64,000 nucleotides of DNA from Octopus vulgaris (GCA_951406725.2 OX597833.1:37944001-38008000); one strand, 5' to 3'; shown: positions 1-14,976, counted from the first letter of the stretch. A program made the numbers and translations. The notes: a model not told the origin generated them from the sequence alone.

Positions 1-1852
1 TATTTCAAAATATCTAGAAAGTTTCAGGATTTTACACTCAAATTCGCATGACTTATTGATTTTTTAAAAAACATCTAACTGTTTTTCTTTTATTTTCCTT
101 CTTCTTTGTAAAACAAGGTATTTTCTTGGCATCAGAGCTTTAGTAATCTCTTATTTCTTAATCTATAAAATCTCACTAGAAAACAATTTAAAGCAATGCT
201 TCTTTTCACATTTTTTTAAAAAACTACCATGGATCGGATCTATCCAATGTTTATATGCTTCCATTACTAGTGGCATATTTTTTATGAACTACATCTGCCA
301 ACATTATGAAGTGACTCTGAGCCCTCAGAAACATTTGTCAGGCCTATAGTGCCATACCTTCTCCCTTTTAATTTTTCTGTGTCTTTGTACTCAATGTAAA
401 TTTGCTCTGGTAATATATAAATACCTGCATATTATACATGAATAATCATCTGAAAATTTTCAGTCTTTGCTTTCTCTCTATTTACACGTATATATGTAAG
501 TATATTTTGTATATCTAACCCAAGCAGTTTTATTTGTTTAGTTGCATACTCTTTTACTTGTTTCAGTCATTTGTCTGTGGCCATGTTGGAGCACCACCTT
601 TAGTCGAGGAAATTGACTCCAGGACTTATTTTTTGTAAGCCTAGTACTTGTTCTATCGGTGAAGTAAAATCGTGGTTGCCCTAGCATAAAGGCATGTCTC
701 CTACATCTCTTTCCGGCTGAGCAATCCTAATCTTGCAGTCTTGTGGGTGCTAGTGCCACATGAAAATCACCCAAACAGGTGCTGTATAAAAGCACCTGGT
801 ACACTCTGTAAAGTGGTGTTAGGAATGGCATCCAGCTGTAGAAACCATGCCAAAACAGACATGGAGCCCAGGCATCTCTTCAGCAGGCCAGCTCCTGTCA
901 AACCGTCCAACCCATACCAGCATGGAAAACAGACACTAAATGAAGAATGTAAAAAAAAGGAAAATAAATTTCGAATTCAAAATTCCAGAGGTCAAGTCTG
1001 ACTTTCAACCTTCCTGAGCTGATCTCAGATAAGTACCATTCAAGTACATGAGTTAACCCTAATCAACTAAATACCTCTCTCCTTCACCATCATCCCTATG
1101 TTTCTTTATTATATTATCACTATTATTGTTATTATTATTATTATTTGTCTCATTCTTATCCTTATTTCAAATAAAGTTCACAATAGATGTCAGACTAAAT
1201 ATTTTGAAGGTCAAACCAGTTAACATCCTTAAAATACAGTTGAAACAGGGAAGGCCATTTTACAATTTTATAGACACAATCCAGTTTTGGTTTGAATTTA
1301 CTTATAGTGAATAGGGTCCTGAATTCCATCACAGAAATGGAAATTGCATTGACCTAAATTTTAAAACCCCATGATAGTTTGTTTGGAAAATCTGACAGAA
1401 TCAGTGGAAAGGGTCCATTAAGTTAATTCAGTAGTCTCAGAAACAACAGAAGGCTGTATTAAATACATTCTGGTAGTTAGTTATGACTATTAAATGTTCT
1501 GAATCAGGCCCATCACAATTGACTTAATTTTCCTTATATCCCTCCATAGAAAATTAAATACATACCAACAGTGTACTGAAGTCTATACAACTGACTACAT
1601 TCTTCATGTACAAATATGTACTTTTAACCCTTTAGCATTCAGATTATTCTGTTAAATGTAATGCTTTTTCATTCACATTGTTTTTAATTAATCATACATT
1701 ATCTTAAAGCTTTGAAATTTTGATGATGTGATTATATATTTTTGAAATGGCATTGTAGGGTAGGTGTGACAGGCTGGATCTGGCTGGCTAGAAAGAAAAA
1801 CAGGTGACATATTTGGGCCAGTTTAAATGCTATAAGGCTAAACCAAATACCT

Positions 1853-2246
1853 TTTATCTTTTATCTTCTTGTTTCACTCATTAGACTGCAGCCATGCTAA
1901 GGCACTGCCTTGAAGAATTTTTTTCTTAGTTGAATGTATTGACCCCAGTAAATTTCTTTTTTTTTTTTTAAGCCTGATGCTTATTCTATCAGTCTCTCTT
2001 GCCAAACCACTAAGTTATGGGGGCATAAAAACAACAGCACCAGTTGCCAAGCGATAGTGGGAAAACAAACACAGACACAAAGACACACAATTGGCTTCTT
2101 TCAGTTTCTGTCTCCCAAATCCACTCACAAAGCATTGGTGGTCTTGAGGCTATAGTAAAAGATACTTTTCCAAGGTGTCATGCAGTGAGACTAAACCTGG
2201 AACCATGTGGTTGGGAGGCAAGCTTCTGACCACACAGCAATGCTGC
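1853..2246 (-). mobile_element. SINE family A
   Basis: Reverse-complement match to 40181-40575. Confidence 0.85.
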
Positions 2247-2521
2247 AAATATTAGAAGTTTACTCTGACTACAAGATGATGAATGCAAAAATCAGTTTCC
2301 TCACAATTTTGACATGATCCAAGTTCCACATTACAATGAGTTATCACAGAGACCACTATTTCAAGACTGTCTTCAAGTAATGTATATAGGACAGACATTC
2401 ATAACATGATTGGTATCAGCAATGCAAATAAGCTAATTAATTATACAATTAGAGTTGCGGGCAGGACAAAGCAATGGAAAATCACTCTAGAGAATTCCTT
2501 CCTTGGATAAATAAGTAGTAT

Positions 2522-2912
2522 AGGCACAGGCATGGCTGTATGGTAAGAAGCTTGTTTCTGGGTTCAGTCCCGCTGTGTGGCACCTTAGGCAAGTGTCTCT
2601 TACTATAGCCTCAGGCTGACCAAACCCTTGTGAGTGGATGTGGCAGACAGAAACTGAAAGAAACCCATTGTGTGTGTGTGTGTGTGTCTTGTGTTTGTGC
2701 CCCACTACCACTTGACAACTGTTGCTGGTGTACTTAGATCCCTATAACTTAGTGGTTCAGCAACAGAGACCAATAGAATAAGTGCCAGGCTTAAAAAAAG
2801 AAAAAAGAAAAGAAAAGAAGAATTGAAGTTGATTCATTTGACTAAGAATTCTTCAAGGTGGTACCCCAGCATGGCCACAGTCTAATGACTGAAACGAGTA
2901 AAAAATAAAAGA
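2522..2912 (+). mobile_element. SINE family A
   Basis: Match to 40181-40575. Confidence 0.85.
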
Positions 2913-3342
2913 TATGAAAATATGATCTTTAGTCCAATGATCCAATAGATTTGTAGGACAATAAACATAAACAACAACACTCTTCTGTATAAACTTTGAC
3001 ATACATTTTTCATAGTACAAAAACTAATTCAGGTTTATGAAATGGTAAATCAATATATAATTCTGACAAAAGAAATTTCCCAGTTATAAGTAAGGTTATG
3101 CTTTGTGTATTATTTTGCTATTGTTTGTAAAGAATAAGTTGTGTGAGTAATCTAGTTGTACTGAAAGATTAAATGAAAGTAGCAGCCAGTTCATTGACCC
3201 TTTAGCATTTAAATCAGCCATATTCAACCAAAATAGGCCTCCTATTTTATGTTCAAACTGGCCTGGTCTATTTTATGTTCAAACTGGGCTGATCTAACCT
3301 CTCACACCTACCCTACAACATCATTCTAAAGATAGACAATCT

Positions 3343-3668
3343 GAGACCCCCTTCAGGTCACGACAAAGACCATGGGATTGCACCTAGAAAGTTACCCTCC
3401 CAGGCACAAGTCCAGGCAAGGTTGTTTATGGAAGGCTAGCAGTCGCCCATGCATACCGGCCTCCCCTCTCCACGCTACCAGTGTTATCCAAGGGAGAGGC
3501 AATGGCCGATACAGCTTGGCACCTCATTTCTACAGCTGAGTGAACTGGAGCAATGTGAAATAAAGTGTCTTGCTCAAGAACACAACACGCAGCCCAGTCC
3601 AGAATTTGAGCTCACAACCTCACGATCGTAAGCTCGACACTCTAACCACTGAGCCATGCGCCTTCACA
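3343..3668 (-). mobile_element. tRNA-derived SINE family F nested in a piggyBac-type MITE
   Basis: Head GGCGCATGGCTCAGTGGTTAGAG with GTGTTCTTGAGCAAGACACTT. A flanking duplication ATAGACAA lies at 3332 and 3673. Confidence 0.82.
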
Positions 3669-4387
3669 AAAAATAGACAACATCATCAAAATCTCAAAGC
3701 TACGAGACAATACATGATTAATTCAAAACAATATGAATAAATAAGCAAAACATTTGATGGGGTAATCTGAATGCTGAAGAGTTAGATGGGGAGGGAAGAA
3801 AACAATAGATAACATCAGTAGGTTGGCTCTATGTAACAAATGAATGATAGGGGTTGAGTAGAAAAGGAACTTCAGCTGTAGATGGTTCCAAGATTCAGAA
3901 TAGAATCCAAAAATCTAGATATGGCTTAGCTCTTTAGTATTCAGATTACTCTGCCAAAGTAACACTTATTGTTTTGAATTAACCATGTATTATCTCACAG
4001 CTTTGAGATTTCAAAGATGTGATTTTATTTTTTTTATGGACATTGCAAGGTAGATGTGATAAGCTGGATCTGGCCAGTTTTTAACATAAAACAGGTAGAA
4101 TATTTAGGCTGATATGGCCAGCTTAAATGCTAAAAGGTTAATGAGATTAAAGATCTTGGTAATATGTTATTTAAAATGCATGCAACAAAGTAAAGACCTA
4201 ATGATAAATGTAATCATCATCATCATCATCATAATCATTTATGTCTGTTTTCAATGCTAGCATGGGTGGAACGGTTTGACAGGAGCTGGCTAGCTGAAGA
4301 GTTGTCCAGGCTCCATGTCTGTTTTGGCACGATTTCTACAGCTGGATGCCCTTCCTAACATCAACCATTTCACAGAATATAGTGAGT

Positions 4388-4622
4388 ATAGCGAGCTGGC
4401 AAAAACATTAGCACGCCGGGCGAAATGCTTAGTGGTATTTCGTCGGCCACTACGTTCTGAGTTCAAATTCCGCCAAGGTCGACTTTGCCTTTCATCCTTT
4501 CGGGGTCGATAAATTAAGTACCAGTTACGCACTGAGGTCGATATAATCGACTTAATCCGTTTGTCTGTCCTTGTTTGTCCCCTCTGTGTTTAGTCCCTTG
4601 TGGGTAGTAAAAAAAAAATAGA
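4388..4622 (+). mobile_element. tRNA-derived SINE family B
   Basis: GCGAGCTGGCAG..., B-box GAGTTCAAATTC, central GTCGACTTTGCCTTTCATCCTTTCGGGGTCGATAAATTAAGTACCAG. It is nested inside an RTE-type tail. Confidence 0.88.
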
Positions 4623-6369
4623 AAGTGAGTGCTTTTACACAGCACTAGTATGGGTATGTTTACATGGCACCAGCACCCATGTGATTACAAGATCAGGAAT
4701 GCTCAGCTGGAGAGGGAATGCAGTGGACAAGCCTGTATGCAAGGACAACCACACTTTTAAGATATTAGACATAAGAAATAACCTCATAAACCAGGTGGTT
4801 ATTTATCATTCTATTTCTAAACATTGAACCAAAATAGGATAACCTTACTGTGTTGGACATTTGTAAACTAGCCTATCCTGTCAGTACTAAGTAACTGACA
4901 AATTATGCTCTGAGAATAAAATAGTTCAACTAAAATAACATAAACACATTTAGTGTGTGAAAATGGAACTGCAAGCAGTCTATTATATAATAAGCAATGC
5001 AGTTACCCAACAAATTATCAATATGGGAGTTGAAGATTCATCAATAGAACTATTGCTCGTTTCTGTTTTAAAATTGGTGTTTACAATGTCTAATGTCATA
5101 AACAAAATCTCAGCTGTAAATTCTTAATTCACTCTAGTTTATATTGGTTGCTTTTCAAATTGCGCATTCCCTATAAGGCTTTACACTGCAAATGTAGCCA
5201 TTGAATAATCCAGAGTTTTCATAAAATAAAAAAACCTTCTCATAACTCTTTATTTATTAATCTTTAAAACCAAAAGCTACATTTAGCATTTGAAATTACA
5301 TGAATGATATGCTATTTAAAGTGATTTGAATAGCTCAGATCTAATATTCAATTAATATTAACTCCATATCATCTCAATTCCTAATTGAATTAATCTTTTT
5401 TTTTTAGTTGTTTTTCTTTTTTAAGCTCCTTTTGATGAAGAATTTATTGTGGAGAAGAACTTGTATGCAGTAGCTGAAAGTTTATTGTGGAAAGACCAGA
5501 TAGTTTTCACTTAGAATTCCATTTCTGAATAACTATTATTGTTGAATTCTATTCAACGCAAATATGACATCAGGAGATATCATTGTTTCCACTAACTCTA
5601 CTCATATTACAGTCATCTTAACCATTTTACTTAACAAACTAAAAACAAAACACTAAAAGGTGGGGAAAAAAAAGATGTCAGAGCACCCAGAAAGGTAAGT
5701 GATCCAGTGAGAGTTTAATAACAGACTCTGCTTAACAGTGAACAACAGTTAAACAGCTTAACAAAAGACTGTGCCCAACAGGGGACACAATGAACAAGTA
5801 GTGATTCAGTTAGCTTAACAACAGCGTTCAACAGTTAACACAACAAAGAATAAATAAGAGGATAACAGTTTAACCACAAACTCTGTTCAACAGAGAATAC
5901 AGTGATCAATGATAAATAAAGCAACAGTTTGACAACAAATTTATGCTGGTGACTGTAGAATCCAAAACAGCTGGCTCAGACACTGCAAGGAATCTTTTTC
6001 AACCTTTAAACAGTTCCAATGCCCTGAATCAGTACTTCTTTTTATCAATCATGAAAAGATGAAAGGCAAAATGATCTTAGTAGCATTTGAACTGAGGGTA
6101 CAGAAAGTTAAAACAAGAGAAATTAAATGCAGTGTGCAAGAGAGAAACTAGGCTGGTTTGGTCGTAGAAACCGGCTCTCACTCTTTAGTACAGATGTCTT
6201 GTTTTCATTTAGTTCTGAATAAAAATCTTCCACCAAACCTTAGTCACAATTTATGTTCCTAACACTACCTGAATGATAACTAAGTTATTTTACTAAATTC
6301 TTTGTTATATTTAAAGTAATTGAAAGAAACACAGAGCATCTCAAAATAAATACAGTAACGAAAGGGTTA

Positions 6370-6615
6370 AAGTGGAGGGAAGTTGTGGAAGACATAGGAT
6401 GAAGTACTGAAGACTGATCTCAAAATGCTGAACCTTACAAAGAAGATGATAGAAGACTGGCTTTAGGAAGGGCATCCAGCTGTAGAAACCAAGCAAAAAC
6501 AGATTAAAAACAGAATATGGAACATGGTGCAGCTCCTGGTCTTGCCAGTTCCTGTCAAGCTATCCAACCCATACCAGCATGGAAAACAGATGTTAATGTT
6601 GATGATGATGATGAT
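6370..6615 (+). mobile_element. RTE LINE C-terminal and tail fragment
   Basis: WKT*DEVLKTDLKMLNLT followed by the RTE-type tail ending in (GAT)n. Confidence 0.6.
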
Positions 6616-7482
6616 ATTCAACCCGATGCTCTAGTAACTTGGCTAATTTGCCACTTTCAGTCAATCATAAACAGCATAACAACAGTATAACAATAGACTC
6701 CTTTCATCACAGTCAAAGCAACATTAATCTTGATATCTATAGTAGAATTCTCACAGGTAAAGAAAATATAGAGTAATGTTACAGCTATGCCTTGACATTG
6801 TATCTATCTGGTATTTTTCATCGTCTCATAGAAACACGTATAGCATTTTACATTCTTGTGAAGAAAAAAAAAAAGAAAAATATAACCTTTATTTTCACTT
6901 TATCACTTTACTTTCTTTTATTTTGGTTCTGAAGATTGATTTCAAACCATTATGATGATTCTAAGATAAGATTCTAATTTTAACTTGTCAATAAAATAAC
7001 ATGGACTAATAAAGATAAAAATAAATCAATAGGAAATTATTCTAACGGTCTACTACATCTCCCAAATCTGTAATAGAACACAAGACACGATACATTCCAA
7101 ACTAGCCAAACAACCAGCTGATAATTATAAGAGGTAACTCTGTATGTAGACTCTTGCAAAATTGGAGGAATGTTCATAAAATGCAAGCAACAGAGAAATA
7201 AACAAAGCATAAGGAAAACAACAAAGAGAAACTGATAGTATATACACATCTAACAATGCTGCTTAATGTGCATACATACTAATATATACAAACACATACA
7301 CATATATACATAGATGGTGTACAGATAGAAAGAGAGAGAGAGATTTGGTAGTATGAACAGGATAAACAGAACTCAAAATATGAGTATATATCTGTATGTA
7401 TATTTTTATTACTTTTAATCAGCGGACTGAAATGTACCATGCACGAAATTCTTGTCCCTTCATAACTTCTGCACCAATAAAA

Positions 7483-7564
<82 letters not shown>

Positions 7565-7566
<2 letters not shown>

Positions 7567-8280
7567 AGTGTGGTAAGAAGTTTGCTTCTCAACCACATAG
7601 TTCCATGTTCAGTCCTGCCTTGTGGCACCTTAGGCAAGTGTCCTCCACTACAGCTTCAGGTCAACCAAAAGCCCTGTGAGTAGATTTGGTAGATGGAAAC
7701 TGAATGAAGCCTGTCATGTGTATGTGTGTTTGTCTCCCATCACCACTTAACAACTAGCTCAGTTTGTTTACATCCCCCTGAAATTTATCAATTCAACAAG
7801 AGAAACCAATAGAATAAGTATCATACTTTAAAAAAAAGTATTGGATTCAATTTGTTCCTTCAAGGCAATGGCTGCATTCAAATGACTGAAACAAGTATCT
7901 TTTATTTGCTTCAGTCAAGAGCACTGCCTTAAAGGGTTTTAGGTGAAGAAATTGACCCCAGGACTTATTCTTTATAATCCTAGTACTTATTCTATCGGTC
8001 TCTTTTACAGGGACATAAACACACCAGCATCAGTTGCCAAGAGATAGCAAGGAGACAAATACAGACACAAAGACAATCTCACACATACACACACACACAT
8101 ACATACATACATATATACAACGGGCTCCTTTTAGTTTTTGTCTACCAAATCCACTCACAAGGCCTTGGTCAGCCTGAGGCTATAGTAGAAGACACTTACC
8201 TAAGATTCCACACAGTGGGACTGAACCCAGAACCATGTGGTTAGGAAGCAAACATCTTACCACACAGCCACACCCGTGGC
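7565..8280. mobile_element. Two abutting, oppositely oriented SINE family A copies
   Basis: Plus copy at ~7565-7897 and minus copy at ~7898-8280. Confidence 0.8.
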
Positions 8281-8292
8281 TTTTATAGATAT

Positions 8293-8337
<45 letters not shown>

Positions 8338-8360
8338 AAATTATCTTCGCTTGTATGTGC

Positions 8361-8415
<55 letters not shown>

Positions 8416-9399
8416 AATATACAAATTCACATTCCTGAATGTTATTGATCCTAGCTATGTGTATCATCTGTTAATCTCAAAAGCTATCCACATGTATAAA
8501 CAGACAAGTATAGATTCACACATGGTCAGAGAAATCAATATATGTGTGAACATAGAGAAAATGCAACTAACTACAAATTGGAATGTAAATATAAACTTCA
8601 ACTAGTCGCTACAGGATTAAATAGGAAGCACAAAACATACCTGAATTTGGCCAAAGCCATGTGTTTAAGGGCGGGTCAATGATGAAGGTCAAGTGGTGAT
8701 ATGTCAAATATTTACTTACAGTAAGGGTGGTGTTGTGGTAAGTAGTCTCTTGCATCAAACTAATACCTAGAACTAAATCACTCTGGTCTGATATTGAATC
8801 ACCATCATCATCATCGTCATCAACATTTAACATTCATTTTCCATGTTGGAATATGTTGGTCAGCTCAACAGGAACTGGCAAGGCCTGGGGTCACACCAGG
8901 TTCCATGGTCCAGTTTGGCTTGGTTTCTATGACTGGCTGCCCTTTCTAATGCCAGCCACTCCACATAGTGTACTGAGTGCTTTTGACATAGCATCAGCAC
9001 CAGTGCTTGCTTTTTATGTGAGACCAATAGCCAAACCAATGCTTTTTATGTGGTACCTTGGTTTTAGGATGTATGTACAATAAAAATATGGGGTGGTACT
9101 GAATTGTTAGAAGGCAGTATTGAGAAAGGTTTCAAAATAGGAAGTGGAGGCAATAGTCAAAAGAGTTTGAAAAGTCCTGGTTTATGAATTGATGCCTGTC
9201 GTTACTATTCAAAACAGTTATGTAGTGGTGGAGTGACAGAAAAATGTCCTGAGTATGACCTTGAAACTGTAACTGTATTGGGGCCCTGGTTCAGGAGAAC
9301 CAAGGGTTTGAGGAATGTGGAACCACTTCCTGGCCACTGTTGTTCCTAGATCTACTCTGACCTGAAGTAGTAGCATCTATCAGGATCTCAACTATGGGT

Positions 9400-9800
9400 T
9401 AATTAACAAGTCGGTTCGGAAGATGGAGTTTGTTAACCTTGGGCAGGAGAAGGAAAACTCTGGTTCCAAACCTTTGCTGCTTGCAGCCATATTCAGCCAT
9501 GGGAAAGGCTTCAGCCTGAGTAAAAATAAGGAGTCAATGCTTCTAAGGCAGTTCGATGTTATCCAGAGCCTCATTCTGGCAACTCCTGCAATGATACTGA
9601 TGTCAAATTGTGATGGCCATGCTGTTCCTTGGGATCCATCAGTGATATGGAAAAGAGCTGCACACTACATGGGCAATTACCTGTCCTCCATATCATGCTC
9701 ATCAGGCTTGGATTTTATCAAATACCCTATACTGGAAAGACAGACCCAATAGCACCAGGATAGACCACAAATGTGGAATGTGTGGCAGAGACTGCCACTT
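9400..9800 (+). mobile_element. RTE-like 5'UTR-related fragment
   Basis: GGAGAAGGAAAACTCTG..CCAAACCT and CATGGGAAAGGCTTC motifs resemble RTE 5' regions. This is recognition from memory only. Confidence 0.4.
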
Positions 9801-10164
9801 GTACATTGGAGTGTTCAGCCACAGACAACACTATTGCAGTGGTGGAGACAGCTAGGACCTTCATCCATAGTCATAAATGACAGAGAGAGGCCAAATAGAA
9901 AAACTAGATTACTGGGCCGGGTACTTTGAAGTAGTCATTCATACCATCTTTTGGAGTTAATAAAATCAGTACATTCCTCCACTACAAATTTGTGGCCTTC
10001 AACCAATCTAAGAGATCATTTCAGAAATCAGTTATTGTTTACATTAATTCAAGGCAATGCCCCAGCATGGCTACAGCCAAATGAGTGAAACTAGTAAAAG
10101 GTAGTATTTGTTATGGCGGTGCCCCAGCATGGCCACAGCTCGTGAGCTGAAACTAGAATCAATC

Positions 10165-10640
10165 ACATAAATTACATGAATTTTATAATGCCATTAAATG
10201 AATTAGTTATTGTTATTAGATAAATCAGTATATGTTATTACACACATCAGTAGCCGACAGCTAATGTTACATAATCCAATTGCTGTTAATATATAAATCA
10301 GTAACTGTTATTTAGAAAAAAGAATAACTAGCATTATATTAATCAGTTGTCATTCCATAAATCAGTCACTGTCATTACATAAATCACTCACTATCATTAC
10401 ACGCAACAGTAGCTGACATTATACAAATCATTTGCTGCCATTACATAAATCAAGGCCTGTCATTACATAAATCAAGGCCTGTCATTACATGAGTTCCTTT
10501 CATATCCCAGCCACTGTCATTACATCAGGCAGTCACTATCATTACATAAATCAGTTATTGTTATTGTATAGATCTATTGCTGTTATTACAAAAATCAGTT
10601 ACTTTCATTACATAAATTAGTTACTATAATTCCATAAATA
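10165..10640 (+). repeat. Degenerate ~22-bp minisatellite
   Basis: Recurrent CATTACATAAATCAGT(C/T)ACTGT-like units, including an exact doublet CATTACATAAATCAAGGCCTGT. Confidence 0.8.
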
Positions 10641-11178
10641 CGTTTTGAAAAGTGGTTGAATGTTGGCAGCTTTGCCACATTGTGTCACACTGAGTCTTCT
10701 TGAAAACTACATGAAGGATACACATGTCTGTGGAGTGCTCAGCCACATGTATGTTAATTTCATGAACAGGCCATTCCTTATCAACTGGAACCCTCATTGT
10801 AATAACTGATGGAGAGCTAGCATTCAGTGTGGTTTAAAGATCATTTAGTATCTATTCCATGCCATACAATATAACCAGAAAAAGGTCACTTTATTGGCCC
10901 ATATGTGTATATTTTCACAGTATATAAACTTGACTCCCAGATATGCCATTTCATTTCATTTACATCTACCTGTAATTTTTGCTGTAACTGATTACCCTTA
11001 CTTGTTGTTTCAAGTAAAGTATTTTTATCCCACTAAAAGTTCACATGAAACCAACAAAACTAAAAATGACAAAGAAGTCATTGAGCAGGTTGTAATAGAA
11101 AACACTTGCTCAAGAGATGGAAGCTGAAACCCTAAGGCCAACAACCATGAATGTGTGTGTGTGTGTGTACGTGCACAC

Positions 11179-11252
<74 letters not shown>

Positions 11253-12317
11253 ACATGTGTAAGAAAATTTTTTATTTTTTCTTTATGCCAAACACATTAC
11301 TTATATAAGCTACAAAAGATGAATTTTACTTTGCATATTGATAATTTAGGCATTATTAGGTTGATGACAAGTATGAAGTGGTGACCTGAATTGATCTCAT
11401 CAAAGACACTGCATGGGGGACTGTGATGGATGGAGTACTCATGTGAAATCATCAAAGCGTTCAGAAGGATAGACAAAAACAAAGAAAAAAGAAGAAAAAA
11501 CTAACTGGATGGAGATGAAAGACAAGAACTCAGAACATGTGTATGCTAGCTGTGAAGACTGTGATAATAATAATAATTTGTTTCTAATTTAGATTCAAGG
11601 CCAACAATATTTGAAGGATGAGGAACAATTGATTAGGAAGGGCGTCCTGGCATAGAAAGCATCCCAAAGCTGATACTGGAGCTCACTCACCACAGCCCTA
11701 TGGCTAGCCAAATCCTCAGTCAAACCCATGCCAATGTGGGAAACAGATATTAAATGATGATGATGTTGATGATGAGTAAAAACCTCAGTAAAAAAAGAAA
11801 CTAATATTTGTGGACAGCCAATATTATTTTAATCAGCAAACTAATAGAAAGACAACAATGGCTGTGTTTCACCCTTGTTGGTTCTTTTCAGTGTTGTCAT
11901 TGGAAACCTTTTAGGATACAGTCAATTACATTGACCCCAGAAGGGTGAAAGGTGAATTGGGCGAAAAGCAAGTGGGATCTGAACTTCAAAGATAAAGGAA
12001 CATAAGCAAACACTCGTACAAGGGGTTTTCACTGGCAAGATATAGAATGACTACACTGACCCTGAAAAGCAAATCTAACCACAGTTGCCTTTCTTTATTT
12101 GTCTCTCAAAAATATTTTTGTTCATTGCAAACCTGGCTCTATTTTATTTTTTTAATGTTTTAATTATTAAATATGATTTAATCTAAGTTACTGGTTCTCT
12201 AAGTTACTGGTCCATAAAGATTTTGTTAAAATTTATGTAAATTGGTTATACTTCTACAAGGCACAAAATATTTTAGCAATTTTTAATACAAGGATGACAT
12301 ACAAATTTGTGAAGGGA

Positions 12318-12746
12318 GGCACAGGTATGGTTGTGTAGTAAGAAGTTTGGTTCCCAACCACATGGTTCTGGGCTCAGTTCCACTGCATGGCACCTTGGGC
12401 AAGTGTCTTCTACTATACACTCAGGTTGATCAAAGGCTTGTGAGTGGGTGTGGTAGAAGGAAACTGAAAGAAGCCCATCATATATATATATATATATATA
12501 TACATGTGTGTATATATATGTATGTCTATGTGTATGTTTGTCCCTGTGTTTGTCCTCCACCACCATTTAACAACCAGTTTGATGTGTTTACATTCCTGCA
12601 ACTTAGCAGTTCAGCAAAAGAGACCAATAGAATAAGTACCAAGCTTAAAAAGAAAATAAGTACTGGAGTCAATTAATTTGACTAAAATTCCTTAAAGTGG
12701 TGCCCCAGCATGGCTGCAGTCTAATGATTGAAACAAGTAAAAGATT
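12318..12746 (+). mobile_element. SINE family A
   Basis: Match to the family consensus. Confidence 0.85.
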
Positions 12747-12781
12747 AAAACATTAATTCCTGATATTTATTTATAAAAATA

Positions 12782-13316
12782 CAGAGTCTCCCCTCAAAAA
12801 ATTGACATCATTTGAAATGTGAATATCTGAGTAATATATGTCCTAAGAAAAGAAAATTAAATAGGCTTCATATTGAACAAGAAAAGATTTATTTTTCAAA
12901 ATTCAAACAAGAGATTCAGAGAGGCGTAGATTTTATAACCAATTTCACAAAGCTTCACAAATGTTCAATATGTGCTCCACCTGTGACACGGCACATACCA
13001 ACTCCTGCCAATCATGCTGTAGTATGTCTTACATAACATTCTCCAGCATCTCAGTGATTTCCTGCATGAGTTCCTCTAGGCTTGTAGGAAGAGGGGAGAT
13101 ATAGGCCAGTCCTTTCACATTGCCCCATAGAAAAAAAAAAAAGGTACCAAGTCAGGCGAACATGGTGACCATTTCAACAGTACACTGTCATTATTACTGG
13201 TATACCCGATCCAAATTTAGTTTTTACACATTTTGTTAAAATTTGAGATCATTTAAGCAAGAATTGGTTATGTTATTAGACTCCAAAATGCTGTCAATTT
13301 TTTGGGGGGCACCCTG
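12782..13316 (-). mobile_element. Internally deleted Tc1/mariner-superfamily element
   Basis: TA-flanked TIRs CAGAGTCTCCCCTCAAAAAATTGACA / TGTCAATTTTTTGGGGGGCACCCTG. The minus strand encodes a transposase C-terminus: WSPCSPDL..FFLWGNVKG..YISPLPTSLEEL...CRVTGGAHIEHL. Confidence 0.85.
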
Positions 13317-14508
13317 TATAATAAGATGTTTTAAATATCAAATGATTATGAGGGCCCAGACAAGTAAAATATGGATCAAAGGGATCCACAGGCCAAAAAA
13401 TGATTGAATACCACTGATCCAAGTAACTGTTTTTTTATGGTATAGAGTGTCGCCCTATAGTTTATTTTTTATAAACTCAGTGTGTGTGTGTGTGTATGCT
13501 TCATTTCCTATTTTATTCTTTTCCTTTAAAAGAAATTAGTCTCTCTTGAATGTGAGTGTGTGTGCACGCGCACACATGCATGTGTGTGCATATGTATTAG
13601 TGACATTTTCACTATATTTTCTTTTATAACAGAGAAGAAGAAGAAGAAGAAGAAGAAGAAGAAGAAGAAGAAGAAGAAGCTAGAGGAAGATGTTAGAAGG
13701 AGAGGAGGAGAAGCTAGAAACAAAAAGGATGATGATGTAAGCAAAAAGATGGTAGCAATAGTCATCATTTTGACTAATTATCACTTCACTTGAAGTAAAA
13801 TGAAATAATAAACAAGAAAATGTGACACACAGACACATGACTATTTGAATATCAAATTCTCCACAGAAGTAGATGAAGGTCATTGACTATATTGATGTTG
13901 TTGATACTGGTGTACTGCTAACACTGGGTTAGAATTGCCATTTATCATTATCATCATCATCATCACCATAGTATTTTTGTTATTATTGCTGTTGTTGTTA
14001 ATTATTGTTTTCATTGATCTCATTAGGGTTTAATGGTAGTTTAACTGTCTTAATTCATCAGAAGTCAACACATCAAAAATACACGCCTTAACAAACGCTA
14101 TCAGCAATGAATTGAATGCTACAGCCTTAGTATTGATTTCTGCTGACCACGTACATCATCATCATCATCATCGTCAATATTTTAATGCTAGATTTCCCCC
14201 ACCCTCCACCCATTCATGCAGCTGGCATGAGTCCGAAGGGGTCATCTGGGCAGCATGTTGTCTCCCATCTTCATATTTTTTGCCACCTCTCCTATGAAAA
14301 TGAATGGTCATAAAGTTAACCTCTCCACAACTTCCTCTCTTTTTCATGGGTACCTTCCACTTACAGCACAACAGCTGATGCTAGTTGTAAAGGGCAGAAT
14401 GAAGTGGCTATAGGGTCAAATGAAATGAAGCCAATAAACTTACTAGTACTGTATATACTCTGGGGGAAGCCAGGCAAAATGAACCAAGAGAGAGGAAACT
14501 ATAAGACA

Positions 14509-14734
14509 TTAACCCTTTAGCATTTAAACCGGCCATATCCGGCCAAAAGTATTCTGCCTGTTTAATGTTCAAACTGGCCAGATCTGGTCTCTCACACCAA
14601 CCCTACAATATCGTTTGAAAAATTAACAGCTACCTCATCAAAATCTCATAGCTACAAGGTAATGCATTAGTTCAAAACAATGTGGATGAAAAGGCATTAA
14701 TTTTGGCAGAATGATGCGAACACTAAAGAGTTAA
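14509..14734. mobile_element. piggyBac-type MITE family D
   Basis: TTAA-CCCTTTAG...CTAAAGAG-TTAA. Related copies lie at ~1624-1842, 3194-3785, 3925-4141, 36520-36724, 41826-42030, 49195-49422 and 53713-53937. Confidence 0.82.
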
Positions 14735-14976
14735 TTTAGTTCTGCTCTTTATTCTTAATAACGACTTAACATTCTTTACATCCTCAATGCTGACAAGCCA
14801 ACAAGGGACACAATGTGGTCACTTGATCTACTAGAAACAGCTGCCAAGTTTCCTTCAAATTACACCACAACATTTAGCTGTTTTATGATTATATTTCTAA
14901 ATCATAGAGTTCCTATGTGTTACTTCACTTTCCACTATAAACAAAATTACGTAGTGTTTCAGCAAAAAAATCTGTA

